Shown here piece by piece: positions 8,770 to 18,122 of a DNA stretch of 57,193 nucleotides. Made by a program: the position numbers and the translations under genes. Under the pieces are notes generated by a model, which made no database searches, was not told the DNA's origin, and saw only the letters and a program-made list of their open reading frames with translations. The stretch spans positions 1 through 57,193 of the forward strand of contig DVKF01000040.1 of assembly GCA_018716115.1 (NCBI GenBank). The letters are read 5' to 3'. Position 1 is the first letter of the stretch, and every line of letters starts with the position of its first letter. Source of the stretch: Candidatus Alloscybalousia intestinigallinarum (GTDB lineage Bacteria; Bacillota_I; Bacilli_A; RF39; UBA660).

Positions 8770-9475
8770 TCATCTCACCCCCACTACAACATTTAGCTTC
8801 CTGAAAAATACAAGACACCATATTTTCTCGTGTATCCATCTTAGTAATATGTCCCTCTTCCATCAAAATAATGATATCCGCAATATTTAAAATTCGTTCC
8901 TGATGAGAAATCACTAAAGTAATACCTGAGTTATTCCGTCCAAGTTGTTGGAAAACACGATTCAAAGAGCGAAAACTCCATAAATCAATTCCCGCTTCTG
9001 GCTCATCAAAAATCGCTAATTTTGGTTCTCGTGCCAAAACCGTCGCAATTTCGATTCGTTTTAACTCACCACCAGAAAGTGAACTATTTACCTCACGATC
9101 AATATAATCCAAAGCACATAAACCCACTTTAGATAAAATCGAACACGCTTCTTTCTTATCAATTTCCTTTCCGGTAGCGATTTTCAATAAATCATAAACC
9201 GTAATTCCTTTAAAACAAACCGGTTGTTGGAAAGCAAACCCAAAACCAAGTCTCGCTCTCTCATCAATCGTTTTCTCAGTAATATCGACACCATCTAATA
9301 AAATACGTCCCGAATCCGGTTTTTCTATTCCCATAATAATTTTCGCTAACGTACTTTTTCCACTACCATTTGGTCCTGTTATCGCATAAAATTTTTCTCT
9401 TTCTAATTGTAAACTAACATGATCCAATATTTTCTTATGATCACGAGTAAAACAAATATCAATTAACTCTAACAT
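8762..9475 (-). CDS. sufC: Fe-S cluster assembly ATPase SufC
   Basis: Walker A GPNGSGKSTLAK, signature LSGGELKRIEI, Walker B LAIFDEPEAGIDL. Paired with the SufB/D-like gene. Confidence 0.8.
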   Translation of the reverse strand: MLELIDICFTRDHKKILDHVSLQLEREKFYAITGPNGSGKSTLAKIIMGIEKPDSGRILLDGVDITEKTIDERARLGFGFAFQQPVCFKGITVYDLLKIATGKEIDKKEACSILSKVGLCALDYIDREVNSSLSGGELKRIEIATVLAREPKLAIFDEPEAGIDLWSFRSLNRVFQQLGRNNSGITLVISHQERILNIADIIILMEEGHITKMDTRENMVSCIFQEAKCCSGGEMNG

Positions 9476-9519
9476 TTTTTTCTCCTTTCTTCATTTAATC
9501 ATTGAATAAAAACAACATT

Positions 9520-10833
9520 TTAAAAAGGTTCATCCATATCTACTAAAATTGGTTCTTGCTTCAATATTTCTAACTGTTCAGTAGATAGATATTTCTGATC
9601 AATAAGTACCTCAAATACAAATTCATCAAAATAATTATCATTCATAATATAATATCCATTTTTATGAATATCATCACCATAACTATCTTCTATCTTCCAC
9701 CTAACTGGTTTATCTTGTTCAAGGTGTACGCCAGTAATTAACATACAATGTTGATATCTTATCTCATACATAGATAATGCTTCTTCTTTAGTAAGTGGTT
9801 CAAATCCAAATACTTCTTGATAATTATACAACTTGGCATCCATAATCCCCATTTGTCTTTCCCGCATTTTTCTAACTTCCATACCAACACAAACAGGAAC
9901 CCCATCTTTTAACTGTTTAATCGCCAAGTCTTTCAAAATATGAACAGGCATATTTATCCATTCTACATAACTATGATCAAAAATATTTTCGTTATACTTC
10001 TTTCGATAAAGTTTATAATACTCTTTATTATACATTGGTAAATGAACAACACTAATAAAATTATCTAAATCCATAGTCAAATACTGCCTAGAAAATTCTA
10101 ATGGAGTAATTTGAGATAGTTTGATACACTTACCAGATCTATCTTTATATTCATAATCAAAAGTAAAAGGTAATTCACCCAAACACTTAGCCAAAATATG
10201 ATAATTTTCCTTTACCATATTCGCTTTAAGTTCATATAACTTCTCTTTACTTTGCTTCTTCTCCTTAAGTAACTTAAAAACATCTTTTTTAACTTTTTCT
10301 CTAAATATTTTAGTCAATTCTTCCGATCTTTTACTACTTTCTACATCAGGCATAACAGATTCGGGAACAATACCATATTTTTTTACTAAAGCTTTAAAAA
10401 AACTATAATACCCTTCCTCATATACACCCATCTTTAAATAACTTTCATGTATTTCTTGATCAAAATTAAAATCATCCTTTTCGATCACTTGATTATACAA
10501 AGCATTGGCTTTTTCTAACTTATCTAAAAAAGCCAAATAATTAATAGATAAAGCATATTCATTTGGATCAACATTTAAATTTTTAGCTACATTATTTTTA
10601 ATCAAATTAACCCCAGCATGGATCCAACATCTTTGACTCTCTACCTGATTATATATTTTAGATTTAGGTAGCTCAATATTAAAAATATCATAAAAAGTAT
10701 TCATAACATCATGATTTAAACATACTTTTTGAATTCCGACATTTTTAATCGCATTTTCAATAATTTTATTGGTTTTATCTTGTTGATATTCTTCATCAAT
10801 TTTCTTTAAAAAAGAATATTCGATATGTTTCAT
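9520..10833 (-). CDS. pepC: Aminopeptidase C / bleomycin-hydrolase-type C1 cysteine peptidase
   Basis: 437 aa. Active-site Cys context NQVESQRCWIHAG. Length and overall pattern typical of PepC. Confidence 0.8.
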   Translation of the reverse strand: MKHIEYSFLKKIDEEYQQDKTNKIIENAIKNVGIQKVCLNHDVMNTFYDIFNIELPKSKIYNQVESQRCWIHAGVNLIKNNVAKNLNVDPNEYALSINYLAFLDKLEKANALYNQVIEKDDFNFDQEIHESYLKMGVYEEGYYSFFKALVKKYGIVPESVMPDVESSKRSEELTKIFREKVKKDVFKLLKEKKQSKEKLYELKANMVKENYHILAKCLGELPFTFDYEYKDRSGKCIKLSQITPLEFSRQYLTMDLDNFISVVHLPMYNKEYYKLYRKKYNENIFDHSYVEWINMPVHILKDLAIKQLKDGVPVCVGMEVRKMRERQMGIMDAKLYNYQEVFGFEPLTKEEALSMYEIRYQHCMLITGVHLEQDKPVRWKIEDSYGDDIHKNGYYIMNDNYFDEFVFEVLIDQKYLSTEQLEILKQEPILVDMDEPF

Positions 10834-10982
10834 TTATCTCACTCCTTTAATAAAACATTGTCCGCCTTTGCTTAAGTACTATTCTATCATCTTTTTTTTA
10901 ATAAGTCTTGAAAAAAATAAGATAATCGACTTTTCACTTTCAAAAAACAAGTGTCTATTCGACAAGGAAATATAGCTATCCG

Positions 10983-11011
10983 TTTCCAAAAAAATATCAA
11001 CATGGTATAAT
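10983..11011 (+). promoter_or_regulatory. Extended -10 sigma-A promoter for the opu-like operon
   Basis: TTTCCA (10983..10988), a 17-nt spacer, then TGgTATAAT with TATAAT at 11006..11011. Lies 27 nt upstream of the ATG at 11038. Confidence 0.5.
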
Positions 11012-11037
11012 GAAAAAGAATAGATAAGGAGACTAAC

Positions 11038-12156
11038 ATGATCGAATTTAAAAATGTAACGAAAAAATATAAAAATACAAAAGTACTAGATAATATTTCC
11101 TTTGTGATCGAAAAAAATAAAATTACTTCGCTGATTGGAGAAAGTGGCTGTGGAAAGACCACAACATTAAAAATGATTAACCGTCTCATTGAACCAACAA
11201 GTGGAGAAATTCTCATTGATTCTGTCAATATCAAGAAGAAAAAAACCATTGCCTTAAGACGTAGTATCGGTTATGTCATTCAACAAACTGGTTTGTTTTC
11301 TCATATGACAATACGTCAAAATATCGAAATTATTCCTAGACTTGAAAAGAAAAAAGAAAAAGATATCGAAGCTAGAACAAAAGAAATGCTTCGTATGGTG
11401 GGCTTAGAAGAAGAATATTTAGATAGATATCCTACAGAATTATCGGGAGGACAACAACAACGAATAGGAATCGCTAGAGCTTTCGAAAATAATCCGGAAA
11501 TTATCCTGATGGATGAACCCTTTAGCGCACTAGATCCATTAACCAGAAGCAGCTTACAAGAAGAATTATTACGTCTTCAAGAAAAGTATAAAAAGACAAT
11601 TGTCTTCGTCACTCACGATATGGATGAAGCCATCAAAATATCGGATAAAATTGCGATTATGGATAATGGGAAAATCATCCAATATGATACACCTGAACAA
11701 ATTTTAAAACATCCAGCCAATGACTTTGTAAGAAATTTTGTCGGTAACAAAAGAATCTGGACTTCTCCTAAATTAATCAAAGTAGAAGATATCATGATCA
11801 CTAACCCCGTTACTTGTCGTCCTAATTTTTCTTGCTTCTACTGTCTCAATAAAATGAAAATGTCAAAAGTAGATAGTCTAATGGTTGTCGATGAAAATAA
11901 AAAATTATTAGGAATCTTATATGCCGAAATGTTAAATGGGATCAACTATGATGGAAAAAAAGTCTCTGACTTTATTGAAAACGACGTCATCACTACCCAT
12001 CCTAAAGACTCTATCGTCGATGTATTAAAACTAGTCGAAGAAAATAAACTTTCGACCATGCCGGTTGTCGATAAAAATGGAATTTTAAAAGGCTTAATTA
12101 CTAGAAGTAGTTTAATCACATCACTCAGTCAACAATTTTTAGAGGAGGAAGAATAA
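11038..12156 (+). CDS. Glycine betaine/carnitine/choline ABC transporter ATP-binding protein with tandem CBS domains (OpuCA/OpuAA-like)
   Basis: Walker A GESGCGKTT, signature LSGGQQQRIGIA, Walker B IILMDEPFSALD. C-terminal CBS pair (VEDIMITNPVTC...; DVITTHPKDS...MPVVDKNG). Confidence 0.85.
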   Translation: MIEFKNVTKKYKNTKVLDNISFVIEKNKITSLIGESGCGKTTTLKMINRLIEPTSGEILIDSVNIKKKKTIALRRSIGYVIQQTGLFSHMTIRQNIEIIPRLEKKKEKDIEARTKEMLRMVGLEEEYLDRYPTELSGGQQQRIGIARAFENNPEIILMDEPFSALDPLTRSSLQEELLRLQEKYKKTIVFVTHDMDEAIKISDKIAIMDNGKIIQYDTPEQILKHPANDFVRNFVGNKRIWTSPKLIKVEDIMITNPVTCRPNFSCFYCLNKMKMSKVDSLMVVDENKKLLGILYAEMLNGINYDGKKVSDFIENDVITTHPKDSIVDVLKLVEENKLSTMPVVDKNGILKGLITRSSLITSLSQQFLEEEE

Positions 12157-13724
12157 TGGAGTTCATCAATTACTTAATCGATAATCACAGTGAGATTATT
12201 TCTCTATTCATTGAACATATTGAACTAACTTTCCTATCTGTAGGACTAGCTATATTGATTGGTATTCCATTAGGGATACTAATTAGTTATATTAAGCCGT
12301 TAGGTAAACCTGTCTTAGGATTAACGAATGTCATTCAAGCTATTCCTTCGATGGCCCTCCTAGGCTTTGTGATTCCTTTTTTAGGAATCGGCAGCAAACC
12401 TGCGATTGTGATGGTCATCCTATATTCTTTACTACCAATCGTAAAAAACACTTACACAGGAATCAAAAATATCTCCCCTCAAATTGTCGAAGCTGCAAAA
12501 GGAATCGGATTAACCAATTGGCAAGTACTAACTAAAGTACAAATTCCTCAAGCACTTCCCATGATCATGGCCGGTATTCGTATCTCTAGTGTTAGCGCAG
12601 TAGGATTGATGACGCTAGCTGCCTTTGTCGGTGCAGGTGGATTAGGTTACTTGGTATACGCAGGAATTCGTTCCGTAAATAATATCCAAATCCTAGCAGG
12701 AGCAATTCCCGCTTGTCTATTAGCCTTAATGATTGACTATCTTGCTTCCTTAGTTGAAAATCTAGTAACACCTGCCAGTATGAGACAAAACACCAAAAAA
12801 AGTTTCTTTAAACAACCACTATTTCAAAAAATCATCTTACTTCTAGCTACTGTTCTCATTATCTTCATGATTTTATTTAATCACTTAGGTACAACGACAA
12901 GTGACAAAGAAATTACGATTGGTAGTATGGATTTTACTGAACAAGAAATCTTATCCTACATGGTAAAATACTTAGTCGAAGATAACAGTGATATTACGGT
13001 AAATCAACGTTTATCTTTAGGTTCATCATCCATTGTACTTGGAGCTTTAAAAACAGGTGATATTGACCTTTATATCGATTATACAGGAACAATCTATGGA
13101 AACATTTTAAAACATGAACCAAATTCTAATATTCAAGAAGTATACGATATTTCAAAACAAGAATTAAAAGAACAATACCAATTAAACCTTTTAAATGATT
13201 TAAACTTCAATAATACCTATACCTTAACAGTAACCAAAGAAACCGCTGAAAAATACAACTTAAAAACCATTAGTGATTTAAGTGTAGTTGCTCCTAATTT
13301 AGTCTTCTCCCCAACTCTTACTTGTATGGAAAGACAGGACTGTTGGTTAGGCCTAGAAAAACGCTACAACTTATCTTTCCGAGATATCGTTCCAATAGAT
13401 GGCTCTCCTCGTTATGTTGCTTTAACAAACCAAGAAAGCGATGTAGTTGATGCCTACTCTACTGATGGATTAATTCAAAAATATGATCTTGTTGTCTTAG
13501 AAGATGATCAAAATTTCTTCTTACCTTATCAAGCAGTACCTGTCACAAATAATCGCTTAATCCAAGAATTTCCAGAAGTAGAACCTCTTTTAGAAGAATT
13601 AAGTCATTATTTAAATGACGACGTAATCCGTAATCTAAATTACCAAGTAGATGAAAATAAAAAAACACCAAGTGAAGTAGCCAAAAACTTCTTACTAGAA
13701 AATGACCTAATTGAGGAGGGATAA
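12156..13724 (+). CDS. Fused permease / substrate-binding protein of the Opu-type ABC importer
   Basis: 522 aa. N-terminal BPD permease with EAA-like motif EAAKGIGLTNWQVLTKVQIP. C-terminal OpuCC-like binding domain (DLYIDYTGT, DGSPRYVA). Start overlaps the ATPase stop. Confidence 0.85.
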   Translation: MEFINYLIDNHSEIISLFIEHIELTFLSVGLAILIGIPLGILISYIKPLGKPVLGLTNVIQAIPSMALLGFVIPFLGIGSKPAIVMVILYSLLPIVKNTYTGIKNISPQIVEAAKGIGLTNWQVLTKVQIPQALPMIMAGIRISSVSAVGLMTLAAFVGAGGLGYLVYAGIRSVNNIQILAGAIPACLLALMIDYLASLVENLVTPASMRQNTKKSFFKQPLFQKIILLLATVLIIFMILFNHLGTTTSDKEITIGSMDFTEQEILSYMVKYLVEDNSDITVNQRLSLGSSSIVLGALKTGDIDLYIDYTGTIYGNILKHEPNSNIQEVYDISKQELKEQYQLNLLNDLNFNNTYTLTVTKETAEKYNLKTISDLSVVAPNLVFSPTLTCMERQDCWLGLEKRYNLSFRDIVPIDGSPRYVALTNQESDVVDAYSTDGLIQKYDLVVLEDDQNFFLPYQAVPVTNNRLIQEFPEVEPLLEELSHYLNDDVIRNLNYQVDENKKTPSEVAKNFLLENDLIEEG

Positions 13725-13725
13725 G

Positions 13726-14124
13726 ATGAAAATCACTGTTTTATATCGTTATCCTTTAATTCTGTTACTTGCCCACTTCATTTATATTCTTTATATCCCT
13801 AGTATCTATAGTTTACCAATCATTGTTCTTATTCCCTTTAATTATTTAGCGATTAACTATGGAATTAGAAAACCATTACAAGAAAAAGGAATCAGTTATC
13901 GAAATAATTTAGCGAAACTAATTTTATTTACCATTATCTGTATTAGTTTAATTCTATTATTGGTTAAAGATAGTTTAATATCAGACCCTCAAATTGCGTG
14001 GTTAGTCTTTACCGCAACAGATATTATAGAACTTTTTCTTATGATTCCCAAAAAAGAAAAACAAAAAGAAAGCATGCAAGAAAATATCGATAATTACTTC
14101 AAAAATAAAAATCAAGAAAAATAA
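13726..14124 (+). CDS. Small integral membrane protein, unknown function
   Basis: The ORF track starts at TTG 13711. Preferred start is the ATG at 13726 after GAGGAGGG. Three or four hydrophobic helices. Confidence 0.5.
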   Translation: MKITVLYRYPLILLLAHFIYILYIPSIYSLPIIVLIPFNYLAINYGIRKPLQEKGISYRNNLAKLILFTIICISLILLLVKDSLISDPQIAWLVFTATDIIELFLMIPKKEKQKESMQENIDNYFKNKNQEK

Positions 14125-14181
14125 ACTTTTTTCGAGTGTTTTTGAAAGAAATATAGTATAATCAAGAACGGAGGAAAAAAT

Positions 14182-14940
14182 ATGTTAACAGTAAAAAACT
14201 TGAAAAAGAAATTTGTAAGATACAACAAGAAAAAACAAAAAGAAGAATTCTATGCCGATAATGGAATTACTTTTCAAGCAAAAGAGGGAGAAATTATCGG
14301 AATTCTAGGACCGAATGGTGCGGGTAAAACAACTTTATTACGGATGATTGCGGGAATTCTAGAACCAACGGAAGGAGAAATTGATTTTGATGGATTAACC
14401 TATCAAAACGATGAGATAAAAATTAAAAAAAGTATTGCCTATTTATCTGGTAATACCAAAATCTATAATACTTTCTCGACTTACCAATTACTAAAAATGT
14501 GTTGTGATATTTATGGTGTAGACAAAGAAACAAGTGAAAAAAGAATCAAAAAAATTGCGGATACTCTTCATATGAATGAGTTTCTATACAATAAAATTGA
14601 AAAACTTTCAACGGGACAGACACAACGAGTAAACATTGCTAGATGTATGGTTCATAATCCAAAATACTACATTCTAGACGAAGCAACAAGTGGATTAGAT
14701 ATCATCTCAAGTCAAGTAATCTTAGACTTCATTAAACAAGAAAAGAAACAAAAAAAGACGATTCTCTACTCGACTCACTACATGGAAGAAGCAGAAAACA
14801 TCTGTGACTATGTCATCATGATCAACAAAGGCGTCATCATCCAAGAAGGAACACCGAATGAAATCAAAAAGAAAACCAAAACCACGAATTTAAGAGATGC
14901 CTTCTTTACTTTAATTGGAGGTGATCAACATGAAGAGTAA
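14182..14940 (+). CDS. natA: ABC transporter ATP-binding protein, NatA-like (ABC-2 type exporter)
   Basis: Walker A GPNGAGKTTLLR, signature LSTGQTQRVNIA, Walker B YYILDEATSGLD. Confidence 0.7.
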   Translation: MLTVKNLKKKFVRYNKKKQKEEFYADNGITFQAKEGEIIGILGPNGAGKTTLLRMIAGILEPTEGEIDFDGLTYQNDEIKIKKSIAYLSGNTKIYNTFSTYQLLKMCCDIYGVDKETSEKRIKKIADTLHMNEFLYNKIEKLSTGQTQRVNIARCMVHNPKYYILDEATSGLDIISSQVILDFIKQEKKQKKTILYSTHYMEEAENICDYVIMINKGVIIQEGTPNEIKKKTKTTNLRDAFFTLIGGDQHEE

Positions 14941-16081
14941 TTTATGGAATATCCTAAAAAAAGAATTACGAGAGATGTTTAACGATAAGAAGTCCTTATC
15001 GATGATGTTAATTATTCCAATTATGATTCCCCTACTCGTCATTGGAATGAGTGCCTTATTCGAATCACAAATCAATAAACCATTAACGGAATACAACCAA
15101 ATTGGATTTAACTATGAAATGAGTGAAGAAGAAGAAAAACTCGCTGAAGATAGTGGAATTAACGTCGTTTACTATGAAAATCTAGAAGATATAGAATCTG
15201 CTTACCAAAATGGGGAAATTGATTTATACGTTACCAAGAAAGATCAACTTTATACCATTCATGGCGAAGATAACGAAACCACAAGTTATGCTAGTAGTTT
15301 AGTAGAAAATTATTTTAATCGCTACAAAGAATATTTACAGACCGAATATCTAATGGATAAAGAAATCTCATCCGATGAAGTTATCCATATTATCGATATC
15401 GAAAAAGATATCAAAGAAGTAGATAATTTCTATGCTTCTTACATCACCAACTATGCCTTTTTATTTATCATCATGGCAATCACGGTATCTGCAACTTATC
15501 CCGCAACGGATACAACAGCTGGCGAAAAAGAAAGAGGAACCTTAGAAACATTACTTACTTTTCCAATCAAAAGTAAAGATATCATCATTGGTAAATTCTT
15601 AAGTGTATCCCTATCTTCTGTCATTACTGGGTTAATCAGTTTAATCTTAATGATCATCTCTTTAGTCATCGTTCAAGATATGTTCACGATCTATGAAGGC
15701 GTAAATCTTATGTTACCAAGTGCAAGCTTTATCTTTGCTCTTATCGTCATCATTGCTTACTCTTTCTTGATCAGTGGCTTATGTATTGCGATTGCTAGTA
15801 AGTGTAAAACCTTTAAAGAAGCACAAAGCGCCTTAACACCACTTACCTTTATTTCTTTCTTTCCGGGCATGATTGCTTTTATGATTAATGTAAAAAGTAG
15901 CTTATTACTCGCTTTAGTTCCATTCTTAAACTTTACCCTACTATTTACCGACATTACGGCTGGAAATATCGATATTTTAGAAATTGGTGTAATGTTATTA
16001 TCGACAATCATCATTATCGGGATTACTCTTTACATCATTATTAAACAATATAAATCAGAAAAAGTATTATTCAATGAATAA
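14930..16081 (+). CDS. natB: ABC-2 family permease, NatB-like
   Basis: Preferred ATG at 14930 after GGAGGTGA (ORF track starts at 14915). One N-terminal TM, an extracytoplasmic domain, then five C-terminal TMs. Overlaps the natA stop. Confidence 0.7.
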   Translation: MKSNLWNILKKELREMFNDKKSLSMMLIIPIMIPLLVIGMSALFESQINKPLTEYNQIGFNYEMSEEEEKLAEDSGINVVYYENLEDIESAYQNGEIDLYVTKKDQLYTIHGEDNETTSYASSLVENYFNRYKEYLQTEYLMDKEISSDEVIHIIDIEKDIKEVDNFYASYITNYAFLFIIMAITVSATYPATDTTAGEKERGTLETLLTFPIKSKDIIIGKFLSVSLSSVITGLISLILMIISLVIVQDMFTIYEGVNLMLPSASFIFALIVIIAYSFLISGLCIAIASKCKTFKEAQSALTPLTFISFFPGMIAFMINVKSSLLLALVPFLNFTLLFTDITAGNIDILEIGVMLLSTIIIIGITLYIIIKQYKSEKVLFNE

Positions 16082-16106
16082 AGATCGTCAGTGCGATCTT
16101 TTTTTA
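16080..16106. terminator. Bidirectional terminator between the convergent natB and rel-like genes
   Basis: Stem AAGATCG (16081..16087), loop tcagtg, stem CGATCTT (16094..16100), then a T-run to 16105. Confidence 0.6.
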
Positions 16107-16110
16107 TTCT

Positions 16111-17556
16111 TTATTTACGCATAAATTCTTTAATTTTTCGCTTAGCTGTTGTAGTTTGTACTTTATCTAACCATTCTTCACGAGGACCGAAAGACAAAAT
16201 ATCCGTGATGATTCGCACTCGATCCTTATTCTGTAACACATAATCTAAATTTACTTCTTTATCGTTGACAATCGCACCAACCATTTGATTACCAATATCT
16301 GAATGAATCCGATAAGCAAAATCAATTACGGTGGCACCTTTGGGTAACTCGATTACTTCCCCTTTTGTCGTATAAACATAAACTTTATCAGAAAATAGTT
16401 CCCGTTTTACTTGATGAACAAACTCCTGATTATCCGCAAACATACTGTTAATTTCTACTAGAGATTGAAAAAACTGATACTTACTTTTTAACTCTTTCTG
16501 CATCTCGTCCCGGGCTTGTCCCTTGTGAATATCCCAATAAGCAGTTAATCCAAAAGAAGCAATCTTATCCATATCAAAAGTTCTAATCTGCGTCTGCACT
16601 AAACGATCATCTTCTCCAAAAACAGTAGTATGTAAAGATCGATACATATTTGTCTTTGGATTATAAATAAAATCTTTAAATTTATCGTTAATTGGATGAT
16701 ATTTAGAATGAACTAAACCTAAAGTTTGATAACAGTTTCTAATATTATCTACCATTACCTTAAGAGCCAAAAGATCGTGAATATCAGATAGTTTATGTCC
16801 TTCAACTAAGCGTTTATAAATGCCATAGATATTTTTAGTTCGTACTTTTATCTCATGAGGGATTTGTTCATGATTTAATATTTCTTGAATCGTTTGTAAC
16901 ATTTCAACAAGACAATGATTACTCTCTATTTCTACTTGTTGTTTGATTTCTTCTATGCGAAAATACTTTTCAGGATAAAGATAACGAAGAGACAAATCTT
17001 CTAGTTCAGATTTAATTCGATAAGCACCAATATAGTAAGCTAAAGGGACAAAAATATCCATCGTTTCCATCGCATTTTCTTTTTGTTTAAATTCTGTTTT
17101 GAACTGTAAAGTTCTCATATTATGAAGTCGATCTGCTAACTTGATAATAATAATTCGTACATCGCTTGTTAAACTCGTAATAATTTTTCTCGTGTTGGCT
17201 AAATTTTGTGCTCGCTTGGAAGAAAAATTCATTTTACTAATTTTCGTTACCCCATCTACCAAATGCGCAACAGTTTCATTAAAGTCAGCACGAATATCTT
17301 CTTTTGTTGCCACAGTATCTTCACATACATCATGTAAGAGTCCAGCACAGATCGTATCCCGATCAGCATGCATCTCTGCCAAAATATAAGCAACCTCAAG
17401 AGGATGAGTAATATATGGCTCCCCACTTTGTCTAAAAGTTCCGGCATGTAATTTTTCAGCATAATTATACGCTTTGGTGACCATCAAAACCGCATCAGGA
17501 TCATAGGTCTTAACGATATCTAACAAACTTTGTAAAGTTAAATTCTTTCTATTCAT
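16111..17556 (-). CDS. rel: RelA/SpoT homologue: HD hydrolase + (degenerate?) synthetase + TGS, with no further C-terminal domains
   Basis: HD motifs THPLEVA...LLHDVCEDT and ADRLHNMRT. Synthetase motifs KDFIYNPKTNMYRSLHTTV and VQTQIRT. TGS region VYVYTTKGEVIELPKGATVIDFAYRIHSDIG. Preferred ATG at 17556 after GGGAGGTAAT (ORF track uses GTG at 17595). Confidence 0.85.
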   Translation of the reverse strand: MNRKNLTLQSLLDIVKTYDPDAVLMVTKAYNYAEKLHAGTFRQSGEPYITHPLEVAYILAEMHADRDTICAGLLHDVCEDTVATKEDIRADFNETVAHLVDGVTKISKMNFSSKRAQNLANTRKIITSLTSDVRIIIIKLADRLHNMRTLQFKTEFKQKENAMETMDIFVPLAYYIGAYRIKSELEDLSLRYLYPEKYFRIEEIKQQVEIESNHCLVEMLQTIQEILNHEQIPHEIKVRTKNIYGIYKRLVEGHKLSDIHDLLALKVMVDNIRNCYQTLGLVHSKYHPINDKFKDFIYNPKTNMYRSLHTTVFGEDDRLVQTQIRTFDMDKIASFGLTAYWDIHKGQARDEMQKELKSKYQFFQSLVEINSMFADNQEFVHQVKRELFSDKVYVYTTKGEVIELPKGATVIDFAYRIHSDIGNQMVGAIVNDKEVNLDYVLQNKDRVRIITDILSFGPREEWLDKVQTTTAKRKIKEFMRK

Positions 17557-17571
17557 ATTACCTCCCAAGAA

Positions 17572-17602
17572 CAAAAAAAGCATGACCGAGTTCACTCGTC
17601 AT
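17572..17602 (-). terminator. Terminator-like hairpin plus U-run 16 nt upstream of the rel start (terminator or attenuator)
   Basis: Minus strand reads ATGACGAGT-GA-ACTCGGTCAT (one bulge) followed by GCTTTTTTTG. It lies about 210 nt downstream of the MGMT-like gene stop. Confidence 0.45.
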
Positions 17603-17812
17603 ACTTTCTATAACCATAATCATTTTCAAAAGGAAACAGCAAGAAAACATCTTTACCCAAAAGACGATTTTATCAAGTACATAAACAATGTCTTCATTCA
17701 CTCTAGTATTCATAACTAATCCTCTCAAAAAATAAATATATGAATCAAGATACTATTTTTAAAAAGAAAAATCAAGTCTTTAGCTAATTTTTTTAGAAAA
17801 AAAGAAGTATCA

Positions 17813-18115
17813 CTACTCCTTAAAAACACACTGATGTTTCATCATATTCACTTTTCCGTCAGAAAGAAAGGTAACTCCTTCACTCTCTAATAATTGTCTT
17901 TGATTAGAAAAATGGGAAGCTACTCTTCCATCATGGCCAACTACCCGATGACAAGGATATTCTCCATAATACTCAGCATGGCTTAAAATTCTTCCTACTA
18001 ATCGAGAATACTTAGGATAACCGATCATGTTAGCAATTTGACCATAAGTGACTACTTTGCCCCTAGGAATTTCCGCAACAAATTCTAAAACAGAATAAGC
18101 AAGTTCTTCTTCCAT
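17813..18115 (-). CDS. MGMT-family (methylated-DNA-protein-cysteine methyltransferase DNA-binding domain) protein, stand-alone 100 aa
   Basis: Contains VVTYGQIA...PCHRVV, the active-site PCHR motif and HTH of the Ogt/Ada C-terminal domain. Confidence 0.75.
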   Translation of the reverse strand: MEEELAYSVLEFVAEIPRGKVVTYGQIANMIGYPKYSRLVGRILSHAEYYGEYPCHRVVGHDGRVASHFSNQRQLLESEGVTFLSDGKVNMMKHQCVFKE

Positions 18116-18122
18116 AAAACGC

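Noticed and set aside
7849-9475. The two-gene suf cluster (sufC plus a SufB/D-like gene) considered as anomalous.
   Set aside because: Minimal SufCB-type clusters are common in clostridia-like Firmicutes and archaea, so this is not unusual.
10887-11249. A 120-aa minus-strand ORF spanning the opu promoter and the start of the ATPase gene.
   Set aside because: It overlaps a well-supported promoter, SD and ABC ATPase N-terminus on the other strand. It has no motif.
17557-17812. The rel leader considered as a T-box or another known riboswitch.
   Set aside because: I found no T-box sequence (AA..GGGTGGTACCGCG-like) and no conserved cores of the common riboswitch classes. Only the hairpin and uORF are reported.
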